Positions 37,587 to 49,482 of a stretch of DNA of 64,000 bases are shown here, one piece after another; position 1 is the stretch's first letter; the number at the start of each line of letters is the position of its first letter. Position numbers and translations under genes: made by a program. The stretch comes from Azolla caroliniana (taxonomy: Eukaryota; Plantae; Polypodiophyta): contig JBHGNT010000013.1 of assembly GCA_043228905.1 (NCBI GenBank), positions 10,974,001 to 11,038,000 on the forward strand. Reading direction: 5' to 3'. The notes beneath the pieces were generated by a model. It did not search any database. It worked only from the letters and a program-made list of their open reading frames with translations, and was not told the origin of the DNA.

Positions 37587-37833
37587 TACCCACAGTTCGG
37601 TGACAGGGTACATGCGGACAGAACTTATTTATGGAAAGAAACCCATCATGCTAGTGGAGTGGACGATCACCTCCTGGATGGCGATCAATTGGGCTAACGA
37701 AATGAGCCAAGAAGAGTTGCTAGCAGCACGCACCCGACAACTCGAGCGGAGGCCGGAGGACGTGGAATGGGCCACGTCAAGGGTGAAAGAAGCGAGAATC
37801 CGAAACAAGGCCAGGTTCGACTGAACACACCGG

Positions 37834-38926
37834 TGTCGTGAAGATTTCGGCAATGGTGTGAAAACCACATAAAACTATAAAAGGATGGAGTTCTTGAAGA
37901 GCTTTCGGATGCACTTTACTACATAAGAAACGGACATCTAAGTGTCAACTTATGTGGGTATGAAGTTTTGCAAAAGAAAAAAAAAGAAAAAGAACTGTGA
38001 AATATCCCACATAGATAGGAAAGTTAAGGCCCTAGCTATATAAGCACATTGAGATCCCTTATTTTTCAATTGTGCTAAGAGCACTTTGGCCACTTTGTCT
38101 AGATGGATGAATGTGGCCAAATTCCCAAAAACCGACTGGCAATAAAACCAAACCGGAACCGGCCGATAAATTGGAAACCAAACCGAAATTGGCAGGTAAG
38201 CAAACCGGAACCGGTCGGAAAGCAAACCGGGACTGGTCGGTAAACAATCCGGAACCGATCGTTAAGCAAACCGAAACCGGCCAGAAAACAAACAGGAACC
38301 GGTCGGTAAGCAAATCGGAACCGACCGGTCAATGGCGGATCCGGCGACAGAGGCGTCAACTGGCGGCGGAGCCGGCGGCATTCGACATCCGAATAGATAT
38401 ATAAATAAATAAATATATATGTATACATATATAGACAAGGAGTGCAAGTGTGGATTTGAGAGTCTATAGGCTTACCACTAAGCCAAGACATTTTCATGAA
38501 ATAACATTTTTGTCATTATAGTTTTACATGTAAATTCTCATACATGAGACCTTAAATGAATGACGTGGTTATCATGCACCACATGTAATACATGAGCGCC
38601 AAATGGCAAACATGCACTTTATGCATGTCTTGTACCCTCAAAGCATGAGGGCATTTATAAAAGAGGGGAGGAAAAAGATGAAAGGACTAATGTAAAATTT
38701 TGGATGATCAAATAAGAGACTTGTAACCTTTTTGTTGATGTATCTTGGCTCTCAAATCTAAAGTTAAAAGTTCGATCTTATCTCTCTCAATCTAAAGTCA
38801 AGCGTTTAATCTCAATCTATCGTAAATACTTTCTCGCTAAAGCTTGTGCTAACTTCGAATCCTTCCGGTCAAGGACCCCGATGGTTCCGCCTCACGATCT
38901 GCGCTTAGTGACGGATCTTCACGACA
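37834..38926 (+). mobile_element. Solo LTR (Phygy-like) inserted in the integrase of C
   Basis: tgtcgtgaagat...atcttcacgaca termini; TSD ccgg/ccgg; internal accggaaccggtcgg repeats at 38130-38335. Confidence 0.9.
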
Positions 38927-39760
38927 CCGGCTCCGGTCGAAGAAGATCGAGGAAGGTGATTGGGTATTAGTTTACGATAGCAGCCTCGACAACCAGCATC
39001 GGTCTATGCGTAAGTTCGCAAAACGGTGGTTTGGGCCATACGTGGTAATCAGCGTCGCGATGTATCATCTCGCGGAGCTCGACAGGACTCGAATGATGAC
39101 ACCGGTGGCCGAAAAGCGGATAAAGGCCTTCAAGAGGCGGAATGAGACCCAACGGTGGGAGCTGAAAACAGTAGTTTAGAAGAGGAGGACGAATAGTAGA
39201 CAACCCCAGAATCCCTCACTAAATTCGCTATTCGGCACATACCGGAGGATGTGCGGTTTGGTGGGGGTGAATGTCGTGAAGATTCCGGGCCATAGGACGA
39301 AACCGTGTGAAACACACAGGAGGGGTCCTAAGTAGTTAGAGCATTAATAGGAGTTCCGACATCGCGTAGGGGGAGAGTTACGAGGAGAACGAATCGAGGA
39401 GTGAATTTGGGGAGGAAAGTGACAGGTCTGAAAGGCTTTTGTAACGGTCGCTCCTTGTGCTATAAAAGGGGTGGCCTCAGACTAATTTAGGGACGATCTG
39501 GAGGAGAAGAAGAGAAGCAAATGAGCTCTACAGTCCATCACCGGCTCTGATCCGGTTGTAATCGTTTACCGTGCCGTGCGCGCGTTTTGATTAATATAAC
39601 CCTATCTACTTAATACCAGTTGTTCACCACTTCTCTATCTGTCTATCTGTGTGGGTGTCCGTGGCTACGCACGACTCTCTAGCAGATTCTTCCCCTCTCA
39701 CTTCCCTGATTCCTTGGGTCAAGACCCCCATGGTCCTGTCCCATTTCTACGCATCCGCGC

Positions 39761-42700
39761 TGTCGTGCCTTTCGGCTCCAGATCGTTGCGTGAGTCGGGT
39801 GGGAACCGCTGGGGTTTTGGACTAGGAAGAGGAGAGTTTTAAGGCTAATAAGAATATAAATATGTTGTAAGAAAGAGTTATAGCAAACTCGTGAATCCCA
39901 CGAGTGTATTGTATTAGATTAATCAATATGAATATAAGAATATAAACTTCGGTTGAAAGAGAATGATATAGAATTCTCGTGAATCCCACGAGTATAGTTT
40001 ATTAATTGGTGTTTTTTAGAAACATATCCAGTTTCCAAATATTTTTCACACACAATTACATTGTGCTCCCCATCCTTATGTAGTGATGAGGAAGTCTTAG
40101 TAATCCATGCTTTTTCTCTAACTATAGACCCCATGCTTTTCCTATAGATAGACTATATGCTTTATCTAAAGTGATCATGCTTTTTTCTAACTTGTGCGTT
40201 TTTTATCATGCACGCTAGATGTATATGTGTAGCTTTTTCTTTTGTTATGCGTTTTTCTAATGTTTATCCTAGCGTGAATTTACCTTTCTATGTGGGACAT
40301 CTATGCTTTAACACTAATGAAATGCTAGTGTAATGGTAAGACATTACATTATTAACATGGAGGTGCAAGGTTTGAATCTTGCCCTATGCATGTTCCATTT
40401 ATTTTGCTATTTTCTTCTATTTCTTCATTTTTTATTGAATCTAATACTATATACGTTTTTCACGTAGTGTACAAAATACACTACGACACTCACCCCCTCC
40501 AAACCCGCACATCCTCCGGTATGTGCCGAAGTTGTTGGTGTTTGTTAGTCTCCTCCTTCATCCTCCGTTTGTCCCGCTATGTCAACTTTGTCTCTCCATT
40601 TTGAGTAGACCCATTCTTTCCACCCGAACCATTGTCGCCATCCGATCCACCATATTCTATGTTCGCTTTTTGCATGGCGCGCTTGGTCTTTGTCATCCGC
40701 GGTAGTATCTTTTCTTGCCCTCTTTCTTTTCTTCATCAATCTCGACTTCTTTTCGGATTTTCGGTTTAGTCGGATTAGCTTACTTCCGATTCGGTCTCGT
40801 CGGATCGTCTTTCGTTTAGTTCGGCTTCCTTTCCGATTTGTATTCGGTCGATCCGGACTCGGTTGATCGGTTTTTACCGATTCAGTGCTCTTTCGGGTCG
40901 GTTTCTTTTCTTTTCTTTTCGTCCGGATTTGCTTTCTTTTCTTCGTTTTCACCTGCCTTGTCCGGTTCGACTTTCGGCACTTCTTTCCGTTGTTCGCCAC
41001 GTAGGTCCTCCGATATGTGCTCGTTGTTCGGTCCTCGTGTGGTTGTAATGCATGCTTCTTTTCTCGCCGTAGCGCGTGCTTCTTTATTCGCCATAACACG
41101 CGTTTCTTTATTCGCCGTAGAGCGTGCTCTATATTACGCGCTTCTCCCGTCGTAGACCCGACCTCCGCATTGTCGCACTTTCTTTTAGATTGGAATTTCG
41201 GATGGATCATTTTCCATCCGAACCGACTTCCGACTTTACCTTCCTCGCCGCCATCTCCCGTCTCTCCGGTCTCACGTTGGTTCTCGGACACAACCGCCGA
41301 AGTCTCTAGATATTGTTGGCATGAATCCTTGGTATTACCTTCTTTCGTAGTTTCACCCTTAGCATTCTTCTCGGCTATCTCTTCATCGTATTCGTCGGCT
41401 TCGACATTCGTTTTCTCTCCGCCACCTTCCGTCTCTTCGGTCTCACGTTGCCTTTCGATCGCAACCGCCGGAGTCTCTGGAATCAGTGGTGGGGAAGTCT
41501 CGATATGGCAATCCGCCATTGATTCGTCCATAGCCACCTCCGATTCGATTTCGTCTTTTGTGGCTACCTCCTTAATCACATCCGCTTCACACTCTTTATC
41601 TGCATCAATTATGCAAACATCTATTATGCTTACCCCTTTTTGACCCGATGTCTCGGGCACTTGTATCCCGAAATTTCCTTCTACACTTGAATTATCGGCC
41701 TTATCCTTCGCCATCGTTCTTTCACAAGACGAGTGGGTGTCTTGTTCCACTCTTTCTCCCGTGGTACCATCACGTTGTATTTCGGCCTTCATATTGGCTT
41801 CATCGTTTTTCCTCAATCGACCATCCTTCATCGGCCATGTCGTTGACAAGATTCTCATCTTCCTCTCATCATGTCTCCGGCATACCCTTTCGACTTTGGC
41901 CCAATCCTCGGTAAGACCGTTCGCACCGTCATCGTCTTCGAGTTCGATCCCGATGTCCATCCTTTCTTTTCGATCGATCGATTTTACGAACATTAGGACT
42001 TTATCCTCCCCCACCAACCGTTGTTCCCGCTCCGAGAGTCGAGCAAGACGATGCTCGAACTCTAGGAATGCTTGTGTTGCACTTTGGTGGGTCTTCTCCG
42101 ATGCCACCCATTCGTCGAATTTTCGCCGATCTTGTCCCTTCGATCTCTTGTAATCATATGCCTCTCGTAAAGCTTCTTCGAATGACCCCCATGTCGACTT
42201 TTGTTGCCGTATCTTGTGGATTCTCTCTTGTAGCTCATCCGTGGCTACCCGACTGAAGGATGTCACTTGCAATCCTTCCGGTATCCCACATCGTATCATC
42301 TCTGCCTTGTAGTCACGTAGATAGCGTGACACATCGTTTCCGTTGAATTGTCCATTTCGTTGTACGAGCCGCTTTACTGCCCCCGTGATCTCCGACATCG
42401 CTCGTTGTTCTTGTAGCATCCGCTCGAACATCATCATCATCGTTATGCTCATTGCCTCTTGTTGATTCTCCATCTCCTTGCCACCCGCCTTCACGTCGGG
42501 TTCACCAACTGTGTCGTGCCTTTCGGCTCCAGATCGTTGCGTGAGTCGGGTGGGAACCGCTGGGGTTTTGGACTAGGAAGAGGAGAGTTTTAAGGCTAAT
42601 AAGAATATAAATATGTTGTAAGAAAGAGTTATAGCAAACTCGTGAATCCCACGAGTGTATTGTATTAGATTAATCAATATGAATATAAGAATATAAACTT

Positions 42701-43239
42701 CGGTTGAAAGAGAATGATATAGAATTCTCGTGAATCCCACGAGTATAGTTTATTAATTGGTGTTTTTTAGAAACATATCCAGTTTCCAAATATTTTTCAC
42801 ACACAATTACATTGTGCTCCCCATCCTTATGTAGTGATGAGGAAGTCTTAGTAATCCATGCTTTTTCTCTAACTATAGACCCCATGCTTTTCCTATAGAT
42901 AGACTATATGCTTTATCTAAAGTGATCATGCTTTTTTCTAACTTGTGCGTTTTTTATCATGCACGCTAGATGTATATGTGTAGCTTTTTCTTTTGTTATG
43001 CGTTTTTCTAATGTTTATCCTAGCGTGAATTTACCTTTCTATGTGGGACATCTATGCTTTAACACTAATGAAATGCTAGTGTAATGGTAAGACATTACAT
43101 TATTAACATGGAGGTGCAAGGTTCGAATCTTGCCCTATGCATGTTCCATTTATTTTGCTATTTTCTTCTATTTCTTCATTTTTTATTGAATCTAATACTA
43201 TATACGTTTTTCACGTAGTGTACAAAATACACTACGACA
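39761..43239 (-). mobile_element. Non-autonomous gag-only LTR element D (TR-GAG-like), very young
   Basis: 728-bp LTRs 39761-40488 and 42512-43239, near identical; TSD gcgc; tRNA-Trp PBS 42491-42507; PPT 40489-40500; no pol. Confidence 0.93.
40545..42494 (-). CDS. gag: Gag-derived protein of D with acidic then Lys/Arg-rich C-terminal extension (649 aa as called; first ATG 42473)
   Basis: First ~210 aa closely similar to gag of E (EMENQQEAM...FNGxDVSRYLRDYKAEM); remainder low-complexity. Confidence 0.75.
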   Translation of the reverse strand: MKAGGKEMENQQEAMSITMMMMFERMLQEQRAMSEITGAVKRLVQRNGQFNGNDVSRYLRDYKAEMIRCGIPEGLQVTSFSRVATDELQERIHKIRQQKSTWGSFEEALREAYDYKRSKGQDRRKFDEWVASEKTHQSATQAFLEFEHRLARLSEREQRLVGEDKVLMFVKSIDRKERMDIGIELEDDDGANGLTEDWAKVERVCRRHDERKMRILSTTWPMKDGRLRKNDEANMKAEIQRDGTTGERVEQDTHSSCERTMAKDKADNSSVEGNFGIQVPETSGQKGVSIIDVCIIDADKECEADVIKEVATKDEIESEVAMDESMADCHIETSPPLIPETPAVAIERQRETEETEGGGEKTNVEADEYDEEIAEKNAKGETTKEGNTKDSCQQYLETSAVVSENQRETGETGDGGEEGKVGSRFGWKMIHPKFQSKRKCDNAEVGSTTGEARNIEHALRRIKKRVLWRIKKHALRREKKHALQPHEDRTTSTYRRTYVANNGKKCRKSNRTRQVKTKKRKQIRTKRKEKKPTRKSTESVKTDQPSPDRPNTNRKGSRTKRKTIRRDRIGSKLIRLNRKSEKKSRLMKKRKRARKDTTADDKDQARHAKSEHRIWWIGWRQWFGWKEWVYSKWRDKVDIAGQTEDEGGD

Positions 43240-43261
43240 GCGCGGATTTCCGCGACAACGT

Positions 43262-44025
43262 TGTCGCAGTATTCCACGGGCACATGTTGGATTAGGCGGC
43301 ACCACGGGGGTTTTGGACTAGGGATAAGAGACGGAAGAAGAGATTAATCACGCAAAGTTAAATAGATCATGACAAGGTTAAATAAGCTCATTGCATTATA
43401 AGGCTCGATGCCCCCAAAAGATTACAACCGCAGCCATTTAGGCCGGACCCAAGCACGACAAAAGAAATGACAGTGACTAAAGGAAGAGAGAAGGAAACCT
43501 TAAAATTTCCTAACTACTACCATGATGACCGAACGAAACCCTAAACGAAATAGACGAAGAAGAAATAAAACCCTAACGTTCTACCCCGAAACGACAAAAT
43601 GGCGACCCAAAGAAACCCCAAAAGTGGAAGTCCCCCAAAAAGTGATCCCTCAGTCCCTTTTACAATAGTAAGGGGCGAGGCACATTACATAAGGAGGGGT
43701 AAAATCCCCTTCTTTTACTGGGGAATATTTCCCTTGATCTTAGATTGATGGAGCCTTAACTCTCTCCCCTCACACTCTATGCCACTACCCACTACCCACT
43801 ACATCCGTACTCCCCTTTTCTACGTGTGCACGTGCACGTAAGTGCACATCACATTTACACTTTACGAATTTTTGTAGAGCACCTTTAACACTTTAGATTT
43901 TTACCCTTAACATTTTGTTACTTATTCCTATGTTACAACTTCCCTAAGTACTTGTGCAATGTTGCACATCTCGTTTTATTCGTCCCGCTCGGGTTTTCTC
44001 ACCATAGCCGAAAATCCTCACGACA
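43262..44025 (-). mobile_element. Solo LTR (Phygy-like, related to 18206-19240) abutting C
   Basis: TGTCG...CACGACA termini; TSD acgt/acat. Confidence 0.8.
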
Positions 44026-44463
44026 ACATCCTGACTGTCTTACGGATGACTATGGGTGTGGTGCATAATGCGGGCGTAAGCGTGCCAAACTGTGGAGGTT
44101 GGGGAGACGGATACAACTGACTCGTTACGCTATTCTATACGATGTGTATACAGAAATAACTCAACACAGATTAATTACGAATAGTATGTGACGTAGAGAA
44201 CACCGTGAGTTGGGAAAAATAGAAACTATGTTCAGGGCTGTATATAATTATTTGACACTCCTTTTTACAAGTTTTCCATGCCCTTTTTATGAAAAGTCAT
44301 GGTTGGTTTTGCTTGGTGCGTGAACCGTTACATGCGTTCGTAACACTCTATTCTTCCCTACGGCTGCCACTATTTCCTCATGATTACGCTACGCTACATA
44401 ACCATCCATGTGTCTTTCCTTTCCTTGCGCTTTTTCCCACTTTGCTGACCAAGGCGACCAACA
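44026..44463 (-). repeat. Outer part of the 5' LTR of B
   Basis: 44339-44463 matches 7002-7126 and ends in CCAACA. Confidence 0.75.
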
Positions 44464-45132
44464 CGACAGCCTGTGAGCGCGACTAGCAAACAACCGGTTA
44501 CGATCGGCGAAGACAACCGACAGCGGACAGATGGCGACGGTTTGACAGCCGATAGACGGCCAACAATCAGCCGGACAAGACATCTGAAAACCAATGGAGC
44601 TACGGCCAAGAACGAACACGCCCAGATAGATGGTACATTCGAACAAACACAAGGGACAGGCAAATGGTTTGACAACCGACTGACCGACAACTAACGAGGG
44701 GAGACGGTCTCAACGAGATGGGCATGGCTGACGAGACAGCTGGATAGACACAAAGATGGCCCCCAGACATAGGTCAAACGGCATATGCCGACGTCCAACG
44801 TCCGACAGAGCTGCCCGCCGAGGGCTGGAGAGAAGGCGAGGGGAGGGGAGGGCCGAACAATTTTAAGACCCATGCCACAATGGAGGAGCCGATTGGTGTG
44901 TGATCCAATCGAGTGACATGCTAACCGAACAAGAAGGTTCGAGTCAAGCAAGCTCTAATCGATGTTATCGATCGTAGAGCTATGATCCGGTCGAGGGATT
45001 TTGCACCGTTTACACGACCGATGGAGTTCCGATCGAGAAGAGTTGCCATGGTGAGTGGGTTCACCGTGCGATGCACTGTCCCATAGGCATGTTAGGTGTT
45101 ACCCATAGGAGTGTACGGGGAGGCATAGGGGT

Positions 45133-45406
45133 AGAACACGTTAAAGTGGTTGTTGTGTAGGTGTAATGTATACAAGTGTGAGTCAGGTGGAATATGTCTG
45201 AACACATGCACAATTATGTGCATGTGTATAACGATTTTTGGACTAGAACTTACTCGCCATGGTACTAAGAGAGAACACGTTAAAGTGGTTGTTGTGTAGG
45301 TGTAATGTATACAAGTGTGAGTGAGGTGGAATATGTGTGAACACATGCACAATTATGTGCATGTGTATAACGATTTTTGGACTAGAACTTACTCGCCATG
45401 GTACTA
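45133..45406. repeat. Tandem duplication, period 139 bp, 2 copies
   Basis: agaacacgttaaagtggttg...cgccatggtacta at 45133 and 45272. Confidence 0.9.
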
Positions 45407-46527
45407 TTGTTGAGAAACAAGCTCAACATTGGCAGAATCGGTTGAAGAAGCCGAGGGCCGAGAACCGAGAGCCGAGGGTTGAGAGCTGGGAGCTGAATCG
45501 AAGAAAGTTCAACTCGGGTGGGCCGAGTCGGAAGAATTCCAAAAAGGTCGTTGAGGGCCTATATTCCTATTATGGTAGATAGGAATATTGTAGGCAGAAT
45601 TAGTGTCAGGCTCATTTATGACCATTCAAGTACTAACGGTACTTGTGTCAGCCCACTCGTTGGGGCTTGTACAAAAAATGCTCATTGAGCACAGCTTATG
45701 TACAGAGTGTTCATTATTCAAAATAGAAGTTGTTGTCTGCTCTCTCCGTCTCTTTCTCTAACACCTTTCTTTGTGTTTACCTAACTGTCAAGTTTAAATA
45801 TCATTGATTGCCTAACGAAGCCACTCCCAGAACAACGTTTCAGAGCGCTAAGGACAATGATGGGACTACAACAAGAGACCAAGCAGAAGAGAGCGAAACG
45901 AGGACCAGAAGGTAAGTCGAAGACCGGCACATTCAAACGAGGTGAAAATGCAAAGTCAAAAGAATTGGAATGCCGCGAGGCTGAAGACGCAACACTGGGC
46001 AGGGAGAGGAAACAATCAGGAGATGAACGAACCTGAAGATGGATCAAGGATCCAATGAGGAACATAGGAGCAAGCATGAGTGGGAAATAAACAATCGACC
46101 AAAGGCCGAGAGACTAAATCGGACATGAGCTGATTCTGATGAAATTTGATCCGAATTAGTCGATTCGACTGACTCAAACAAGCCAACCCAGATGACATAC
46201 GGTTCAAATGATTAGCCAAATTGAGCTAGATCCTGACATTACCTTTGCCAATTCGGCCATATGTTGACTCACTTGTAATGATACAATTGTAACTATAGAT
46301 CAAATTGTAATCTAGGTTTCTGGGGGAGATAACCCCATATCACTGTTTGTCGACAGGTTAGTCCTTTTACGGGGGAGTTTGTTGGGCTAAAAGTCCCACT
46401 CTACCACTTGTATCTTAGTGTGTACACGTCCTCACAATTAGAGCTAAGTCACCCTAATTATATAAGTGAGAGACTAAGCATTGTAAAGTGAGTTCAAGGG
46501 TTAATGTAACATAGGCTTCTTTGAGCA

Positions 46528-46529
<2 letters not shown>

Positions 46530-46616
<87 letters not shown>
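46530..46616. repeat. (CT)n microsatellite, ~43 units
   Basis: Uninterrupted tctctc run. Confidence 0.97.
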
Positions 46617-46619
<3 letters not shown>

Positions 46620-46959
46620 TAACGCTGCTGCCAACGACTCTTTCTGCTGCCTACCGTTGTCGTAGCCGTAGCTGATGCCGCCGCCACCGTCTGTCATTGT
46701 CGATGTCGTTGTTGTTGTCGTTTGTCATCGTTGTCAACGTTGTCGTTGTTTGCCACTGCCGTTGTTTTCTTTGTAGTCATTGCAGTTGTTGTCCTTGTCG
46801 ATCGCCGCTGTCACCTACGCTTCTAACGATGTTGTCGGTTGATAAACAAGAGAGTATAAATGTGCTTCTACACTTGTACCTAGCGCACAAGGCACCGATG
46901 CTCGGGAAGTTTTCTGTCATTTTTGTCTTTTCTTTCTTTTGACTTTTAGACGAAACCAT

Positions 46960-48875
46960 AAGGAAACACACGAAGAAATTATTAGTAAGGAAGATTTTTT
47001 AGATGTCCTTAACCGTTTAGTTAAAATAGAAAAATGGGCGAAAGAGATTGAAGCTGAAAAACAAAAAGATAAGGAAGAAAAAGAAGTGCTTATTGCTTAA
47101 ATAACAAAACTTAAAGTAGACAACACGAACCTTCAGAAACATGGTAAGGACCTTGAGACATCGCAGAAAATGGTGAAATATCTTCCCTAGAGGATATTAA
47201 GGAGGAGATAAAAAAGGTTAAGGAAGAGGTTAAAAGAGATATGGAATTAGCAAAAACTGGGTGGGTTGATGTAGTAAAACGTCATATTAAAAAGGAACTA
47301 AAGGATGAAAATATTGTAAACACTACCCTTTAGGAGGAAAAAATGCGTCAAGCTCGCCGCTTAAATGTAGGAGTTACCAGGCTCAAGGAAGGGGCATCTC
47401 CTGATAGAGATGCACAAACATTAGGGAATATGTTGGGGTACGAAGCCCTACCGATCACTAAAACTTGGAGGGTAGGACATGATACCACTAGGAAAAGAGC
47501 TTTGGTCCTTCAGTTTAAGGACTCGGAATTGAGAATTGCATTTTTCAAAAAGAGACCAATTCTTTGAGGATTGGGCGGGGACCCTATCTACCTCGATGAA
47601 AACCTGACCAAGATGCAAATTGAGCATCGCAAAACTTGTATGTCGCGAGTCATACAAGCTCGTAAAGAGGGGCGTCGTGCTTTTTACCGAGACGGACGTG
47701 TGATAATAAATTATCGCGCCGCCAATTGATGGCGTGTGGCCCATGTGATAGACAATAAACTTAGAATGACTTTATGGAACAGTAACGGTGCACTTTGGAC
47801 ACACCCTGGCCGTCTAGAGGATATTTTGAAGGTATCTAACATACTTCTTTTTAGTAGAACACATCAGAGTCCAAATCGAGGATTGCCACGAGTTGACAGT
47901 TTTTGTTGGGAATTTGTCTTTAGACAAACCTCACGTCGACACACTACTAGAGGGTCTGGAGGGGTTGCGAAACTTTTTCGGAGAGAGTTATATAATACGA
48001 TAGAAATACTAAAGACAGACCTAGAAGCCCATTTTATGTGGGTGAAAGTCCTCACTAGCAAGGATCAGGTGATATTTATCATCATTTGTTACTTCCCCCC
48101 GAAAGGATCCCGGTATAATATGGCTAGAGAGGTGAGTATAGTTGATGAAGGAACACCACATGGGCCTTCTCCATACGAACCTTTATCGGATGACATAATC
48201 CGATATTCTTCTCAAGGGGAAGTCTTCCTTGTAGGAGATTTCAATGCGAGAACCCAATCCCAACAATGCACAATATTTCAAATGGATAGAAACCTAAAAA
48301 TGGTGAATGTCGACCCTTTAGCCTTAGACATAACACGTACATCAAAGGATCAAGGTGTGGACGCCACAAGCTTTGGCCATCATCAACTTGAACTTGGAAG
48401 CCGACACCAGATGATCATATATAATGGCTTAGCCAAGTGGCCGGGCTCGAAAGAGCTCACATGTTTCCCACATGGAGGAGGGGAAAGCACAATTGATTAC
48501 CTAATAGGACACCCTAAAGCTACCCACATGGTTAACTCCTTCGGGGTGGCCCCATGCCCCATTCGTGCAAACCATAGCTTCCTATATTTTGAGCTAAAAT
48601 GCGACACCTCCCACGCCACCAACTCTAGTCAACCAAACCATCACACCATAATACATTTCATGCATGAGCTCGTTGACATCTTCTCCTGACATGTTCAAGC
48701 CCATCTCTCCTCTTTTGATTCTTCCTTGCCTTTAGAGAACCTCACTACAAAACTCGCACACATCCTTAGCTCAGCAACAATTAGTATCTTCCCATACATG
48801 AAACACTCCAATCATAGTAGAATAGGGTCTATGCCACAGAACAAGTGGTATAATGAGGATTGTAGAGAGTTGTAT
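46960..48875 (+). mobile_element. Degenerate LINE (ORF1 remnant + APE endonuclease of ORF2), cut by insertion of F
   Basis: ORF1-like coiled coil and RRLNV..LKE / IYLDENLT fragments; ORF 47736-48689 with WNSNG, GSGGV, YFPP, LVGDFNAR and STIDY endonuclease motifs; RT not in window. Confidence 0.82.
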
Positions 48876-49308
48876 TGTTAACTCTTAGGGCCGGACAATG
48901 GCCTAACACAGGGTGTCTACGGAAGACACTTCACCAAAGGGGTGTTACGGCAACAGGATTAGACTCAACGCTTAATCCGACTTAATTAGGTTACTTAGCA
49001 AGATCGTCCTTAATATTCACACGCGTAAGATATAACAATGAATGCAGAACGACAATTAACACAGAGAGATAACAACACTAAGCTTTATTAATTAACCGCT
49101 TCTCATTACATCGTATCCGGGCCTTTAAATAGGTTTCCGGTCTGTAGTACAAAACGGTGCCATCCGCACCTGTTCGGGATCGGTCCGTATTCGGAATGGC
49201 ATACCGATTCTGGTCCGTCCGTCCACACTCATAGCTTACTTACAACCATTCCTACTAATTAAATAACTCCCCATTTCACACTCTGGACTCCTTTGCCAGC
49301 CGGTAACA
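48876..49308 (-). repeat. 3' LTR of F
   Basis: TGTTA...TAACA; similar to 5090-5478; minus-strand AATAAA at ~49085. Confidence 0.85.
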
Positions 49309-49482
49309 CATGGCACGCCCGTGGGACAGTACCTTGTACGTCGAATCCACATCCGACCCTTGTTATTCTTCGTCCAAAATATCTAGAATGCTTTGTTCGA
49401 GAGTCTCCAATGGTTCATCTGGAATTTGTTGTTGTTGTTGTTGTTGTGGTTGTTGCTGCTGCTGTGGCTGCTCTGTTGATGG

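Larger units (their letters stand above)
22353..39200 (+). pseudogene. gag-PR-pol of C (interrupted, many stops)
   Basis: gag 22353-~24000, PR (DHGSEIN) ~24085-24472, RT 26255-27146 (FIQDLQPVN, FLDDI), RH 27153-27920 (TVDTS), INT 28295-28639 + 37587-37833 + 38927-39200. Confidence 0.88.
21709..43257 (+). mobile_element. Gypsy element C (tRNA-Trp-primed, Phygy-like), inserted in the 5' LTR of B and itself interrupted four times
   Basis: 5' LTR 21709-22331; 3' LTR 39272-39760 + 43244-43257; TSD acgt (21705-21708, 43258-43261); PBS 22336-22352; PPT-like ggtttggtgggggtgaa before 39272; decayed gag, PR, RT (FLDDI), RH and INT. Confidence 0.9.
39272..43257 (+). repeat. 3' LTR of C, split by element D (39272-39760 + 43244-43257)
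   Basis: Homologous to 21709-22331; its end ggatttccgcgaca resumes after D. Confidence 0.85.
6902..44463 (-). mobile_element. Degenerate OTA-like gypsy element B, host of most nested insertions
   Basis: 3' LTR 6902-7126 matches the split 5' LTR (21619-21708 + 44026-44463); decayed gag (~19250-21560), RT/RH (~17020-18200), INT (~15780-16995) and an extra 3' ORF; no matching TSD found. Confidence 0.75.

Noticed and set aside
46454-46697. ER-repeat proteins
   Set aside because: Translation of the (CT)n microsatellite.
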